Below, piece after piece: positions 52,770 through 64,000 of a DNA stretch of 64,000 nucleotides. The stretch covers positions 58,714,001 to 58,778,000 of the forward strand of contig OZ024740.1 of NCBI GenBank assembly GCA_964016885.1. The letters are read 5' to 3'. The position numbers and the translations under genes are program-made. This DNA comes from Eledone cirrhosa. Its lineage: Eukaryota. A model generated the notes under the pieces. It was given only the letters and a program-made list of their open reading frames with translations, ran no database searches and was not told the DNA's origin. Position 1 is the first letter of the stretch, and each line of letters begins with the position of its first letter.

Positions 52770-53210
52770 TCATAATCATCGTCATTTTATGCCCAATTTC
52801 CATCCTGGAATGGGTTGCATGGGTTGTTATGTTCCAACACAAGATGTGTCAGATAACTATGTCTTGCTCATATGTTTCATATTTTGGTATAGTTTCTATG
52901 GATTGATATCCTTCTTAATATTAACCACTTCACACTGTGTATTGGTTACATTTTGCATTTTATCATGACAGCACTACCACTTTACAGGGTGTATTGGGTG
53001 CATTTACCATGGCACCAGTATTACCTCTTTAAAGAGCCTACTGGGTGCATGTTATCATGACACCAGCACTACCTCTTTACATAGTGTATTGGGTGAATTT
53101 TATTGTGGCACCAACTCTTGAGGGGTTGTCATGTGCTTAGCAAGACTACCACATATTACTTTTGTTTGATCACCAACCACTTTACAGAGAGTATTGAATG
53201 CATTATATTA
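52770..53210 (-). mobile_element. RTE-tail short element with four tandem 47-48-bp modules
   Basis: Modules gcactaccactttacagggtgtattgggtgcattt(t)a(t)catggcacca at ~52925-53112. Confidence 0.7.
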
Positions 53211-53331
53211 TGACCATATTTTCTCAAATAGGAATGTTATTATGAATTGAAATTTTATAATAAAAATAAAAGTAAAACAAAAAGTGTGTGTAGAGATTAG
53301 AATGTTATATAATGATGAGTCATTATTATTG

Positions 53332-53517
53332 CGGGTGAATTGGCAGTATCGGTAGAGAGTCGGGCGCTATGCTTTGACACATAGAGTTACGGCCCTTGCT
53401 ATTCTGAGTTCAAATCCCGTCGAGGTTAACTTTGCCTTTCATCCTAACAGGGGTCGATAAAATAAAGTACCAGTAATGCACTGGGTAATTGCTGGCCTTG
53501 TGCCTAAAGTAGAAACA
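53332..53517 (+). mobile_element. SINE family A, full-length
   Basis: A box tggcagtatcggtaga, B box gagttcaaatccc, Meta-like core, (ATT)n end; 10-bp TSD attattattg at 53322-53331 and 53518-53527. Confidence 0.9.
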
Positions 53518-53924
53518 ATTATTATTGTTGCTGTTGTTGTATCACTCCATCAGTGTCACCAATGACTGAGCAGACCTATCATCTAAAGCACTCTATCTAT
53601 AACCATCCTGCATTCAGGGCTCTCAGTTCAAAAATATTTCATGTGACATTTTTTCTCAGACAATCAGGTATAATTTGAGAGACTTGACTGCTATATCTAA
53701 CAAGTTAAGCAACTATGTAAGTTTCATCTCCTATAATACCAGCTACATTACAGGGTATACTGAGTGCTTTTTATTCTTGCACCAACACTAGAGGGGTTGT
53801 AAATTTCTTGTTAGGACCAACGGTTTCTCTCTATCCTATGTTGTCTCAGGTAAACATTAGATGTGGAAAATATCAGAGTAGATCTCAGATGAAGTACAAG
53901 AACTAAGATAAAACAACTACTAAA

Positions 53925-54215
53925 GGGAATATAAAAGGAAGAAGAGAAAAGAAAAGGAAAAGGAGAAAAAGAAAGAAGCATGAAGCAGTGAAAGAAAGTT
54001 GGATGGGACAGTCACTACACCCTGCAGACAAAAGGGCACCAGCATTACTGTGGAGAATGGCCAGACACAACTGCTGCAGCAACCACTCAACCTCATGGGG
54101 CTCCCTCCTCAAATGGGCTGCCATCTTTCCAACTTTAAAGAGGAAATCAGCAGTGTGGGGACCAAGGATGCCAGAGAACTCCACTGAGTCTAGTACAAAG
54201 GGGAAGCGGTTAGCC
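53925..54215 (-). mobile_element. 3' remnant of a CRE-clade (restriction-like endonuclease) non-LTR retrotransposon
   Basis: Minus-strand FVLDSVEFSGILGPHTADFLFKVGKMAAHLRREPHEVEWLLQQLCLAILHSNAGALL resembles the CRE C-terminus F.P.avEt.G.wg..a..fl..lg......g.pr....l.qrls.a.qrgNa..il (recalled pattern); pyrimidine-rich tail follows. Confidence 0.7.
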
Positions 54216-54351
54216 AAGCCTCAATTTATCAAAAATAAAAATGAGACAACATAACTTTATTATGAGAGTGTTGTTTGCTTGAAGCATTGTGTAAAGTGTA
54301 TGAAATATTGTGTTTTATTAGAAGGCTACAGCAATACAAATAGGACATTAA

Positions 54352-54561
54352 CCCTTTAGCATTTAAACCAGCCATATTCAACCAGAATTCTCTCACCTTT
54401 TTTCTGTTCAAACCGGCTGTAACCGGCCACTCATGCAGTTTTTAAAACAAATAGTATCAAAATCTCATGGATTCAATATTATGTGAGATAATTATGTGAG
54501 GTAAATCCTTTACTGTGAAAAAATATAATAGTAAATATAGAATAATGTAAATGCTAAAGGG
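54352..54561. mobile_element. piggyBac-like MITE family 1 (210 bp)
   Basis: TTAA|ccctttagcattta ... taaatgctaaaggg|TTAA: perfect 14-bp TIRs and TTAA TSDs. Confidence 0.9.
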
Positions 54562-56652
54562 TTAAATGTAAAAAAGGGCAGCATACGAACAACCCAAGAT
54601 ATCCTGCTCTGAATTAGTTTCCTCAAATCAACTCCAAGGTAACCTTTCAACATTGCTTTAGCCTTCTAATAAAATACACTATTTTCTATATCTTTATTAT
54701 TTCAGCAACAAAAAATTCTCATCGATAATTTTGAATATCAATCTTTTGATTACAACCATAAAATGTATGTTTCCTAATTAGAGTTATGGAATTTTCTCAG
54801 AAATATGATTAGTTTGTTTTTCTCCTTCACTAAGAAATTTAATCTTTAATTAGAAGATTAAAATATATTAGAAGTGAAAACTATCTTGTAATAATTGTTA
54901 ATGCTTCTCTCATTAGAAAGGTCATTTAAAATTAGACAGAGTAAATCAATCAATGAAACAAAATATTTAAAGCAAAGGATACTGTTGTTTACAATTTACT
55001 TATATAGAATGAACTCAGCAACCTTAAAAGAAGTTGAATTAATTAATTAATCTAGAAAAAGTATGACAAATTTTATTTTAGAAACTAAAAGTGTAAGAGT
55101 AATTTAATACAAAGTCTTCATATTTTTTACTGGTACTTAGGTTTGCCTGATTAATTAAGGAGAACATTTTATAAGTCCTTGATAATTAGCAGGGGATCAA
55201 CATGCTTAACTAGTGTTGGAAGAAAAAACATGTGTATCTAGTTTAGAATAAGTACATTGTCCCTACATATAGTAAGAAGTGACTAAAAGTGTTGGTGTCT
55301 AGAAGGGCATGCAGTTGTAAAATATTGCCTGCAAAGGTCCCATCCAACCCATGCCAACATGGAAAACTGGTTATGAAACGATGATGACAATCTTTACAAA
55401 GCTTATATTTATAAGCTTGGTAATGACCCTGAGATTGTATTTTACAAACAGTGGCTAAATTGTTTGTGCTGCTCCTCCTTCTCACCATCATCATTGCTGT
55501 CATCATTTTTATGTCTATTTTTCGTGTTAGCATGAGACAGATAGTTTATGGATGGACACCCTTCTTGAAACCAACCCATGCTTTATTTTAAGTATGGTAT
55601 ATACTGCTGATATTCATCAAATCTCTACACTGCAAAACTTATTTTTTAATGAGAGACATAAACAAGTGACACTACTTGCATTTTTCAAAATGTCAATAAA
55701 TCAACTCTTATGGTGGTTGATACAGACCCCCCAACACACACACACACACACACAGCTCACACAAATATCTATTATAATAAATGTGAATTTCTGTAGGCCT
55801 GTCCACGTGGGTTTCTGGTTTTGAGAAATAATAAGTATTGCATTTAAGTATCAAAGTAAATTAACTGCAAAATCAAATGTCATTGCAAGTCCATATCATT
55901 CTCCTGTCATGAAAGATATTTTGTGTTTTAATTATAATTATTTCACTATACTTCACACTCCTAGAACACAGGCTATCGAATATCTGAGAGTCGATAAAAA
56001 TAAATGTTTTATTCAAAAATCAATATGGATTTGAATTTCATCAAAGGTTCTGTGCTGGCCTGTTTCAACTATGCTTCTGCTTAATACTGGCTTATATCCC
56101 ATCTTCTCTTGTGGTTTACCATTTTGTAGAGATAAATATTGTATTAAATTAAATATACCTCAAGATGAAATATGTCAGTGTAAGTTCGTATCATCTGCAT
56201 GCCAAAAATGTAGACTTCATTTTTAACATTAATATACAATATGAAACACATGCTCACATTCACACTCACATCAGGAGAAAACTGCTAGGAGGTTGATATT
56301 TCTGCTAGTATATATTAACCTTGAGTTTCTGTCAACTAAATTCACTTATAAGGCAATCATTGCTCTGAAGCTATAGTAGAAGACACTTGTCCAAAGTGCC
56401 ATGTAGTAAATTTGAACCACAAACCATGTGGTTGCCCAGTGAACTTCTGTACTTGCACCCCAAAGATTAATAGAATAAACAACTGTCATGGTTTTAAGAG
56501 TCAAAGAATAAGCTATAATGTTGATTTTGTGAGACAGAAATCTACCAGACAAATTCTGAACAACAATGACTAACTGAAATTTTATAAAATTCTATAGAAT
56601 AAAAAAGGAGAAATATTTACATTTTTAATATTTTGTTAATATTTAGTAATAG

Positions 56653-57889
56653 TATGGGTGCATAAAAGATGTAGTGGGATCACAGGTAAGCTAACTAAGA
56701 ACACAGATTTTACATGTGGCCGGTGCTCTGGTGCAATAAGTAGCAGCAAGTGCCCACAAAATACTAGCTCTTTCAACTGCGCAGAGGGTTCTATAGAAAT
56801 AGTGGACAGCTTCCGTTACCTAGGTGACAAAATCAGCAGTGGGGGAGGGTGCTCCGAAAGTACAGTAGCTAGAGTCAGAACTGGATGGAAAAAGTTCAGA
56901 GAGCTTATACCACTATTAGCCGCTAAAGGGTTCTCCCTAAAAGTGAAAGGCAGGTTGTATGATGCCTGCATACGAACAGCAATGTTGCATGGCAGTGAGA
57001 CCTGGGTATTGTGTGCAGAGGATATACGCAGACTAGAGAGGAACGAAGCTTGCATGCTCCGCTGGATGTGTAATAGTAATATACGCAAACGGCAAAGCAT
57101 AAACGAACTAAGGAAAAAATTAGAAATAAGAGGGATCAGATGTTGTTTACTCGAGAGAAGGCTACGTTGGTATGGTCACGTGATGCGCATGAAAGACGAC
57201 AGCTGTATAACAAAGTGCAGGGCAATAAAGATAGATGGTAGCCACGGAGTAGGCAGACCCAGAAAAACCTGGGACGAGCTGATAAATTCCGACCTCACAC
57301 ACTTACACCTCTCCAAGACAATGTCACTGGACCGAGACCTTTGGCGGTACTCAGTAACAGAGAAGACCTGCGTTACCTAAGTACAAAGTAAAACCTACTA
57401 CAGTCAGTAGGCATCTCTAACAAAATACACCCCCGTCCCACCACCCCCACCCCATCCACACCGCCCCTTTCAATGTAAAGTTATGTTGGTGCCACAAAAT
57501 CCAGGCCGAAACAAATGAGATCGTGTAGGTGTCACGAAAAAAAAACACACAGTCCACGCTGTAATGTGACCGTGTAGGCAACACGGTAAAAACGTCCCAG
57601 TCCCACACTGTAAATGTGGTTGGTGTTAGGAAGGGCATCCAGCTGTAGAAAACCTGCCAGACAGTCCACGCTGTAATGTGGCCGTGTAGGCAACACGGTA
57701 AAAACCTCCCAGCCCCACACTGTAAATGTGGTTGGTGTTAGGAAGGGCATCCAACTGTAGAAAACCCGCCAGACAGTCCTATGCGAGCAAGACAACCACT
57801 CTTGCCTCAAGTGGGAAAACTCCCGTCCAAACCCATGCAAGCATGGAACACAGACGTTAAACGATGATGATGATGATGATGATGATGAT
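56653..57889 (+). mobile_element. 5'-truncated young RTE copy with intact C-terminal frame and 112-bp UTR duplication
   Basis: ORF 56658-57380 is uninterrupted; near-identical to 23868-24982; (GAT)n tail. Confidence 0.95.
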
Positions 57890-58279
57890 TTCATATGCTA
57901 ACCGGGCATTTTAGAGAGTAATATTTTGTGAAATGACAGCAATAAGAATAAATTGAATCTGTTAAATATAATTTGGGAAAAAGAATGGTTTCTATATGAT
58001 TCCTTCAGAGTCAGCTATGGTAGTTGTTTTTCTTTCCTTAACTTGTATCACTTAGCTATGTCTAAACTTACTAAAATCAAGCTTAAGACTTATGTTTATG
58101 TCATGAATGTATTGATAGATTTCAACCATTGTGCTTAAATTTCCAGTCTGACTATTATTATATATGAACAATTGCATAATCTCATTTTAAACAGGACACA
58201 ACAAAAATCAGCTTGGCAACAGAGATGTGAGATAGTATATAGTAATTTCTAATATTGATAAAAATAGATAAAGATAAAG

Positions 58280-58575
58280 GTCCCTTAACTCCTGATGAAG
58301 TCACAGGGGCACTATCCGGATACATAGCATGTCTTGGGCATTTTAAACCTAATGGAGTATAACTCTCTACAGGTAAAACAAAGCTGATTTCTTCCAGAGA
58401 ACAAAAGGAAGAATCAACCCCAATACTGGACTGGCATTGTATTTATCAACCTTGAAAGGATGAAAGGCAAACTTGACCGTGGCAGGATTTGAACTAAGTG
58501 TGCAGTGGGCAAAAACAAAATACCATGGTATTTTTAATCCAACACCCTAACAATTCTGCTCACTCTCTGCCTTCT
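58280..58575 (-). mobile_element. SINE family A variant (alternative tail)
   Basis: Core seen as tttatcaaccttgaaaggatgaaaggcaaacttgac...ggatttgaact; tail matches 34323-34445. Confidence 0.65.
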
Positions 58576-58599
58576 AATATACCTCTTTCTGTCATGATT

Positions 58600-58862
58600 G
58601 ACCATGGGATTTGCACCTCGAAAGTTACTCTTCAAAGCACAAGCCCATGCATAACAGTCTCCCCTCTCTATGCCAATGATATTGTCCAAGGGAAAGGCAA
58701 AGGCTGATACAACTCATCACCAGTGACATTACAACCTATTTCTACAACTGAATAAACTGGAGCAACATGAAATAAAGTGTTTTACTCAAGGACACAACAC
58801 ATTACCTGATCCAGAAATCAAACTCACAACCTCACTATTGGGAATCCAACTCTCTAATATAG
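58600..58862 (-). mobile_element. CORE-type SINE family B, internally deleted
   Basis: Reverse complement of parts of 62642-62958 (aaataaagtgttttactcaaggacacaac, gtccaagggaaaggc). Confidence 0.75.
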
Positions 58863-60193
58863 TTACAAACTATAAATATAAAGGGGTGTGGTATAGCAGA
58901 TTAAAATGACCTCTGTACTTGACTGGTAGTTAATTTTATCTACTCTAGAAGGGTAAAAAGTTGACCATGCCAAGATTTGAGCTCAGAAAACAGATATGTA
59001 TCAAAATACTACATACCATTATTAGGATAATGGTATGTAGTATTGTATAGATTCTGCCAATAGAAAATACAAAAACATTATGCAAAAACAAACATATATT
59101 GAAGACATTGGAAAAAATAATTTTGAACAAATAACAGCAATTAAGTTGAATATGATATACTTTTATTACAATTGTCTGTCTATACTAGAAATATATAATA
59201 GGTAATTTATTTTTATAGCTTTACTTTGTTTATTTCATAACATGAGTTGGATTGATTAAATGTTTAAATGGCTGAAATGTAGAGAAGAGTCATTGTTAAT
59301 AAGTTTATCATCTTTCAGGCTATTAACCTAATCTTTAGAAATGAAAAATAATGTACTTACGTCTACAATACATTTCAATCTCTGAAGATAATCAGGTATC
59401 TTATTCCTAGATGTTGTACATAGTGCCAGACTGGATTCAAACTCCAAATCTTCATTTCTAAATTTAAAGATAAAGGAAGAAAAGGGATTTTAACCAGACA
59501 ATTTGTAATTAATTTTGTTCAAATGAATATAGAATATGATTTTGTTAATATGAACATATAATATGAGGGCTTAAACCTTCTTGGTTTTGAGGTGAACTGA
59601 ACAAAGTGGGTTAGTGTAATATATATTTCCTGTTTTATGTCAATGTTTACATGCTTAAATGTGTTGGATGTTTAATGTTGGAACAATTTGTTTTACTATC
59701 CACTTGTAGTGTAAGGAGTGTATATCATATTTCATGTTCATTCAGGGAAAACATCAAATAGATTTAGGTGCTCTGCTGAAAGGCCCATCACAATCTTCAA
59801 AGCTAAAACTAACTTCAACTATGAATATATTAAATATATAGCACAAATACTTGCCACAGCAAAATACTCATATATCTTGTGTGTGCACCCTCTAAACACT
59901 CACACATTCTAATGAATGTTGCCTACAAAACAAAAACAAATAAATAAATAAAACTTCCTCTAAACACTTATTGCCAACATTCTCCGTTTTTGTATGTATT
60001 TTAACTCCTGGCTATTCATATCTAAACTCATTTGAGGCTCTTTTTTCTTGCCTTACCTTCTACGGATCATCTCTCTTTTACTCTTAATATCTCAGAATAT
60101 TCTTTTTCTTGAATGTTCTGCCTGCTGTATTCTTTTCATCTGTAACAGTTTAAATTAAACATTAATCTATTAAACAAAATGGCTGTTGTGTAA

Positions 60194-60400
60194 CCCTTTA
60201 GCATTTAAACCGGCCGTATCAAACCAGAACTCCCTCACCTTTTTCTGTTCAAACTAGCTTTAACCAGCCACTCATACTGATGTTAAGCTATTGTTCTCAA
60301 AATAAATAATATCAAAATTTCATAGATTCGATATTACGTGGGTAAAGCCTTTACCAAGAAAATATAATTGTAAATATAGATTAATGTAAAAATGAAAGCG
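60194..60400. mobile_element. piggyBac-like MITE family 1, second copy
   Basis: Colinear with 54352-54561; left TIR ccctttagcattta intact, right TIR degenerate and followed by ttaa. Confidence 0.85.
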
Positions 60401-61036
60401 TTAAAGTGGTGGACTAGTGATTGTGTGATCATGAAATCAAACCTTATTATCACAGTCACTGTGTTGTGTCTTTCAGCAAGGCACCTAAATCTATCTGATC
60501 CTCTTTTCCCTGACTGAACATGAAATTTATATCACTCCCTACTTCACAGGTGGGTAGTTAACATTGGAATAAATATTCAGCTGTAAAACCAGTTCCAACA
60601 AAAAACCTCCCAAACATGTAATATAAAATAATAAATAAATATTGCTATAATAACCTCCCTTTGTTCTGTTCATTACAACACTAGTAATGTCTAAACTCTT
60701 GTATCACATATTCATTATATCAAATTTATTTACACATTTTCTGGTTCAAATCACTTGTCTTTTATGTAATTGATCCTTTAATTAATAATAAAGTGTCTTG
60801 CTCAACAACACAATGCAACATTATGAGCCAAATACTCTAACCACTAAGCTATGTGCCTTCACCAGTGACAATGGGATATACAGAAAATATAAATAGTTAT
60901 GTATAACATATGTTGTAAATGTTACAGACAGATGTGATATCTGAATTGGTAAAGTGTGGGTGGAAAATAGTTTAGAAATGGCTGTATCAGTTTTTCTTTT
61001 CCCTTTTCTCTAATTCTATTTACCCTGTCTTTGCAG

Positions 61037-61148
61037 ACTTGGAATTCCTGAAAATCAGCTGGTTCCTGTTACTGAAGCTGACATTGCTAAAGCAAACTCT
61101 TTAAAAACCAGATCCTTTGTTAAAACTAACAAACGTTGGCTTCAAGAG
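61037..61148 (+). CDS. SPO11: Internal coding exon (112 bp, phase 2 in / phase 0 out) of the meiotic topoisomerase VI-A-like enzyme SPO11
   Basis: Long polypyrimidine tract + ttgcag acceptor, gag|gttagt donor; only one frame is open: (R)LGIPENQLVPVTEADIAKANSLKTRSFVKTNKRWLQE. This aligns without gaps to the recalled human SPO11 segment RLNVPKDSLIPLTKRDQMKLDSILRRPYVTCQPFWRKE. Confidence 0.78.
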
Positions 61149-61335
61149 GTTAGTTATTATATATAAATACAGTTTTTTTCATTTCTTTTTTACATAACTT
61201 AGTCAATGGCTGAAAGGCAGCACTGATGACCCTTTTCAAAGTACCAAACAGTGAGAGAAAGGGAAGAAGTTATAGTCCAACTAGGAAACCATGTTAAAAT
61301 CAACCATCAGTGTATATTCTGCTGAAGGCCGTTAA

Positions 61336-62080
61336 CCATTTTGTTACCAACCCAACCAAACCTTACTCTATTGCTATGAAACACAACCACCAATTTTAAA
61401 GAGTTCCTATTTAAATTAAAATATTCCTTTGACTAAGAGTACCTCGACCATAACTGTTTCTGCCCCAGTAGACCAGTTAGAGGTAGAGCTCCTACCACTG
61501 CCTTGATGGTAAAAAAGACCGTCATAGAAAGATAGAATGGTGTGGACTAGAGCTATACGGACCCCGAAAACCATGATTGCACATGCAGTGGGAGCAAATA
61601 CTAAATCTACTGTAAAGGGCCACATACACCCAAGAAGAGGGGGTGGACACCAGCGTCAGCATTGCTGGCAATGAGGCCAACCTGTTTATGGTATGGTGGT
61701 ACAGGAGACTCAAGTTATTCTTAGTAGAGAGCTCCAAAGCCCAAACATGTTCTCTCAATATTTAGAGACACAGAGTAAAACATAGTCATTGAAGAGGTCA
61801 CAGAGTGTGTGATGAAAAAACTTTGATGAACTAACTAATAACTAATAATAAAGCTACCGTGAAAATTAGATAGTGCGCGTGTTTTTATTGACGATATTGG
61901 TAACGTGACTATCCCTAAATATAATAATATCTTCCAATATAATTTTATATAAAGCTCATATGTTCAGTTCCAATCTTAGTAATGAAATAATTAATTGCTT
62001 TAGTATAGTAAATCTCTCAAAATTCTTCATAAATTAATTAAAAAAGCGAATATTTTATTAGAAATGATGTCACAAAATGG
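61336..62080. mobile_element. piggyBac-like MITE family 2 interrupted by a ~500-bp insert
   Basis: ttaa|ccattttgt ... acaaaatgg|tt TIRs; both ends resemble 49015-49263; 61425-61925 is unrelated. Confidence 0.5.
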
Positions 62081-62641
62081 TTCCAAGCCAGATGGTAGTT
62101 TTATTTTACTTCAAATGATGTCATTGATAATCTAGTTCTACATGGAATAGCAGCATTAAATATCTACATTCTTCATCATCATCATCATCATCATCGTTTA
62201 ACATCTATCTTCCATGCTAGCATGGGTTTATTGAAGAAAAAAACAACAAAACAAAACTATTTCTCATTTTGATTGTGTTTTTAATATTTTCATTAAGAAG
62301 AATATTGGTGTTGATATTGAATATCAAGTAAAAGTTATTTCAGTAGAGGAAACACCAGCATTCATTAATAATTACGGTGGATAGTATGTTTCATAAAATA
62401 ATGACTTGTACATGTTGTTTCACAAAATAATCCGACCTTGGTAATGTTCTGTGTCTTGTACATTTGCTAAGTGATTAATTGAAAGTTATTGTCTTTAATT
62501 GTTTTCTTTCTTCAATATCTATTTTCTTTGCTCATTTTCCAGGTAGGTAGCAACAACATTAAGTGGTGTGTGGGTGTAGATATATATATATATATATAAT
62601 AAAAAAAAAAACCCAGATTATATTTATTTATATATATATAT

Positions 62642-62958
62642 GGAGGCACATGGCTTAGTGGTTAGAGCATTGGCTTTGCAATCGAAAAGTTGTGAGTTCG
62701 ATTCTCGGACCGCGTGATGCGTTGTGTCCTTGAGCAAGACACTTTATTTCACGTTGCTCTAGTTCACTCAGCTGTAGAAATGAGTTGCGATCTCACTGGT
62801 GCCAAACTATATTGGCCATAGCGTTTCCCTTGGACATCATCGGTGGCGTGGAGAGGGGAGACCTGGTATGCATGGGTGACTGCTGGTCTTCCACAAAACA
62901 AACCTTGCCCAGGCTTGTGCCTAAGAGGGAAACTTTCTAGGTACAAATTCCATGGTGT
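62642..62958 (+). mobile_element. tRNA-derived CORE-type SINE family B
   Basis: A box tggcttagtggttaga, B box gagttcgattctc, MIR-CORE-like gtgtccttgagcaagacacttt...ctcagctgtagaaatgag; inserted after (TA)n. Confidence 0.85.
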
Positions 62959-63016
62959 GTATACATGTTTGCGTGCAACTCTGTCTCTTTCTCTCTCTCA
63001 TACATGTGTATGTGTG

Positions 63017-64000
63017 TCATCATCATCATCATCATCACCGTTTTACGTCCGTTCTTCCATGCTAGCATGGGTTAGACGGGTTGTCCTGTTGTGGGCAGTG
63101 TCCGGTCGGCTGACCTTGCCTTGCTAATACGGGAACTGATTCTGGCTTGATTTCTACAGCTGGATGCCTTTCCTAACACCAACCTCATTTACAGTGAGTG
63201 CTGGGTGCTTTTTTTCTGTGGCACCTACACGTCCACTTTACAGTGCGGGCTGGGTGCTTTTTTTGCCGTGGCTCCTCCACGACCACTTTGCAGTGGGGGA
63301 TGTGGGGGCATATTGTCTATATGCTTCAGCTTCAGCTTGTACCCATGGGGCGTCGGGTCTTCTGTATTACTGTGTGACGCCAAAGGTCACGGTTGTGTGT
63401 CATCACCCTAGAGAGGTGTAATTGGGTAAGGTCGGCCTTTATCACCTCATCGCAGATCTTCTTGGGTCTCCCCACTCCGCGGTTTCCATCGACTTCTAGT
63501 GCTCTGCACCTTTTTATGCAGCTGTCATCCTTCATACGCATCACATGCCCATACCAACGCAACCTCCTCTCCTGCACACAGCATTTGATTCCTCTTATGC
63601 TCAGTCTCTCTCTCAATTCATTTATGCTTTGCCGTTTGCGCATATTACTATTACACATCCATCGGAGCATGTAGGCTTTGTTTTTATCTAATCTACGCAA
63701 GTCTTCCACAGACAGCACCCAGGTCTCACTACCATTTAACATTGCTGTTCGTATAAACGCATCATACAGTCTGCCTTTCATTTTGAGGGAAAACAGTAAC
63801 AGTAGCTCCCTGAACTTCTTCCATCCCGTTCTTACCCTAGTTATTGTACTTTCCGAACACCACCCCACTGCTAATTCAGTCACCTAGGTAGCAGAAGCTG
63901 TCTACTGTTTCTACAGAGCCTTTCACAATCCATTCATCTACTCCTAGTTTTCTAAGAGCTCACCAGATTATAGCACGGGGGACTCTGTGAAAGGCTTTTT
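63017..64000 (-). mobile_element. RTE copy (sister subfamily) with internal deletion; runs off the window end
   Basis: Minus-strand RVRTGWKKFREL...GSETW...RLRWYGHVMRMKDDSC; (CAT)n tail at ~63018-63037; jumps at ~63920 to the AFDRVP/LRKLGVDEW region. Confidence 0.92.

Noticed and set aside
60057-60139. Possible minus-strand exon (ttacag ... aag|gtaagg)
   Set aside because: All three frames contain stops; at most a non-coding exon, with no further evidence.
62642-62715. tRNA gene (also 49329-49400 and 53332-53420)
   Set aside because: A and B boxes are present, but the acceptor stem does not close and the sequence continues into multi-copy SINE bodies.

Overview
AT-rich, repeat-saturated animal genomic DNA, not prokaryotic. 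The RTE LINEs with (GAT)n tails and the CORE-type tRNA-SINEs suggest a coleoid cephalopod such as Octopus (inference). The only host coding sequence I can support is one 112-bp exon (61037-61148, +) resembling the penultimate exon of the meiotic double-strand-break enzyme SPO11. I found no other SPO11 exon, so most of the window may be one giant intron. It holds a ~13.6-kb 54/48-bp minisatellite (4601-18246) with nested higher-order duplications and a near full-length, disabled RTE LINE (APE + RT + PHD-like finger, ~20820-24982). It also holds about 10 truncated RTE copies, many short RTE-tail elements, three tRNA-derived SINE families, hAT-like, piggyBac-like and foldback MITEs, a CRE-clade retroelement remnant and a Helitron-like 3' end. 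The long ORFs in the track are satellite artefacts or retrotransposon fragments. All family and gene assignments are by eye and from memory; no database search was run.
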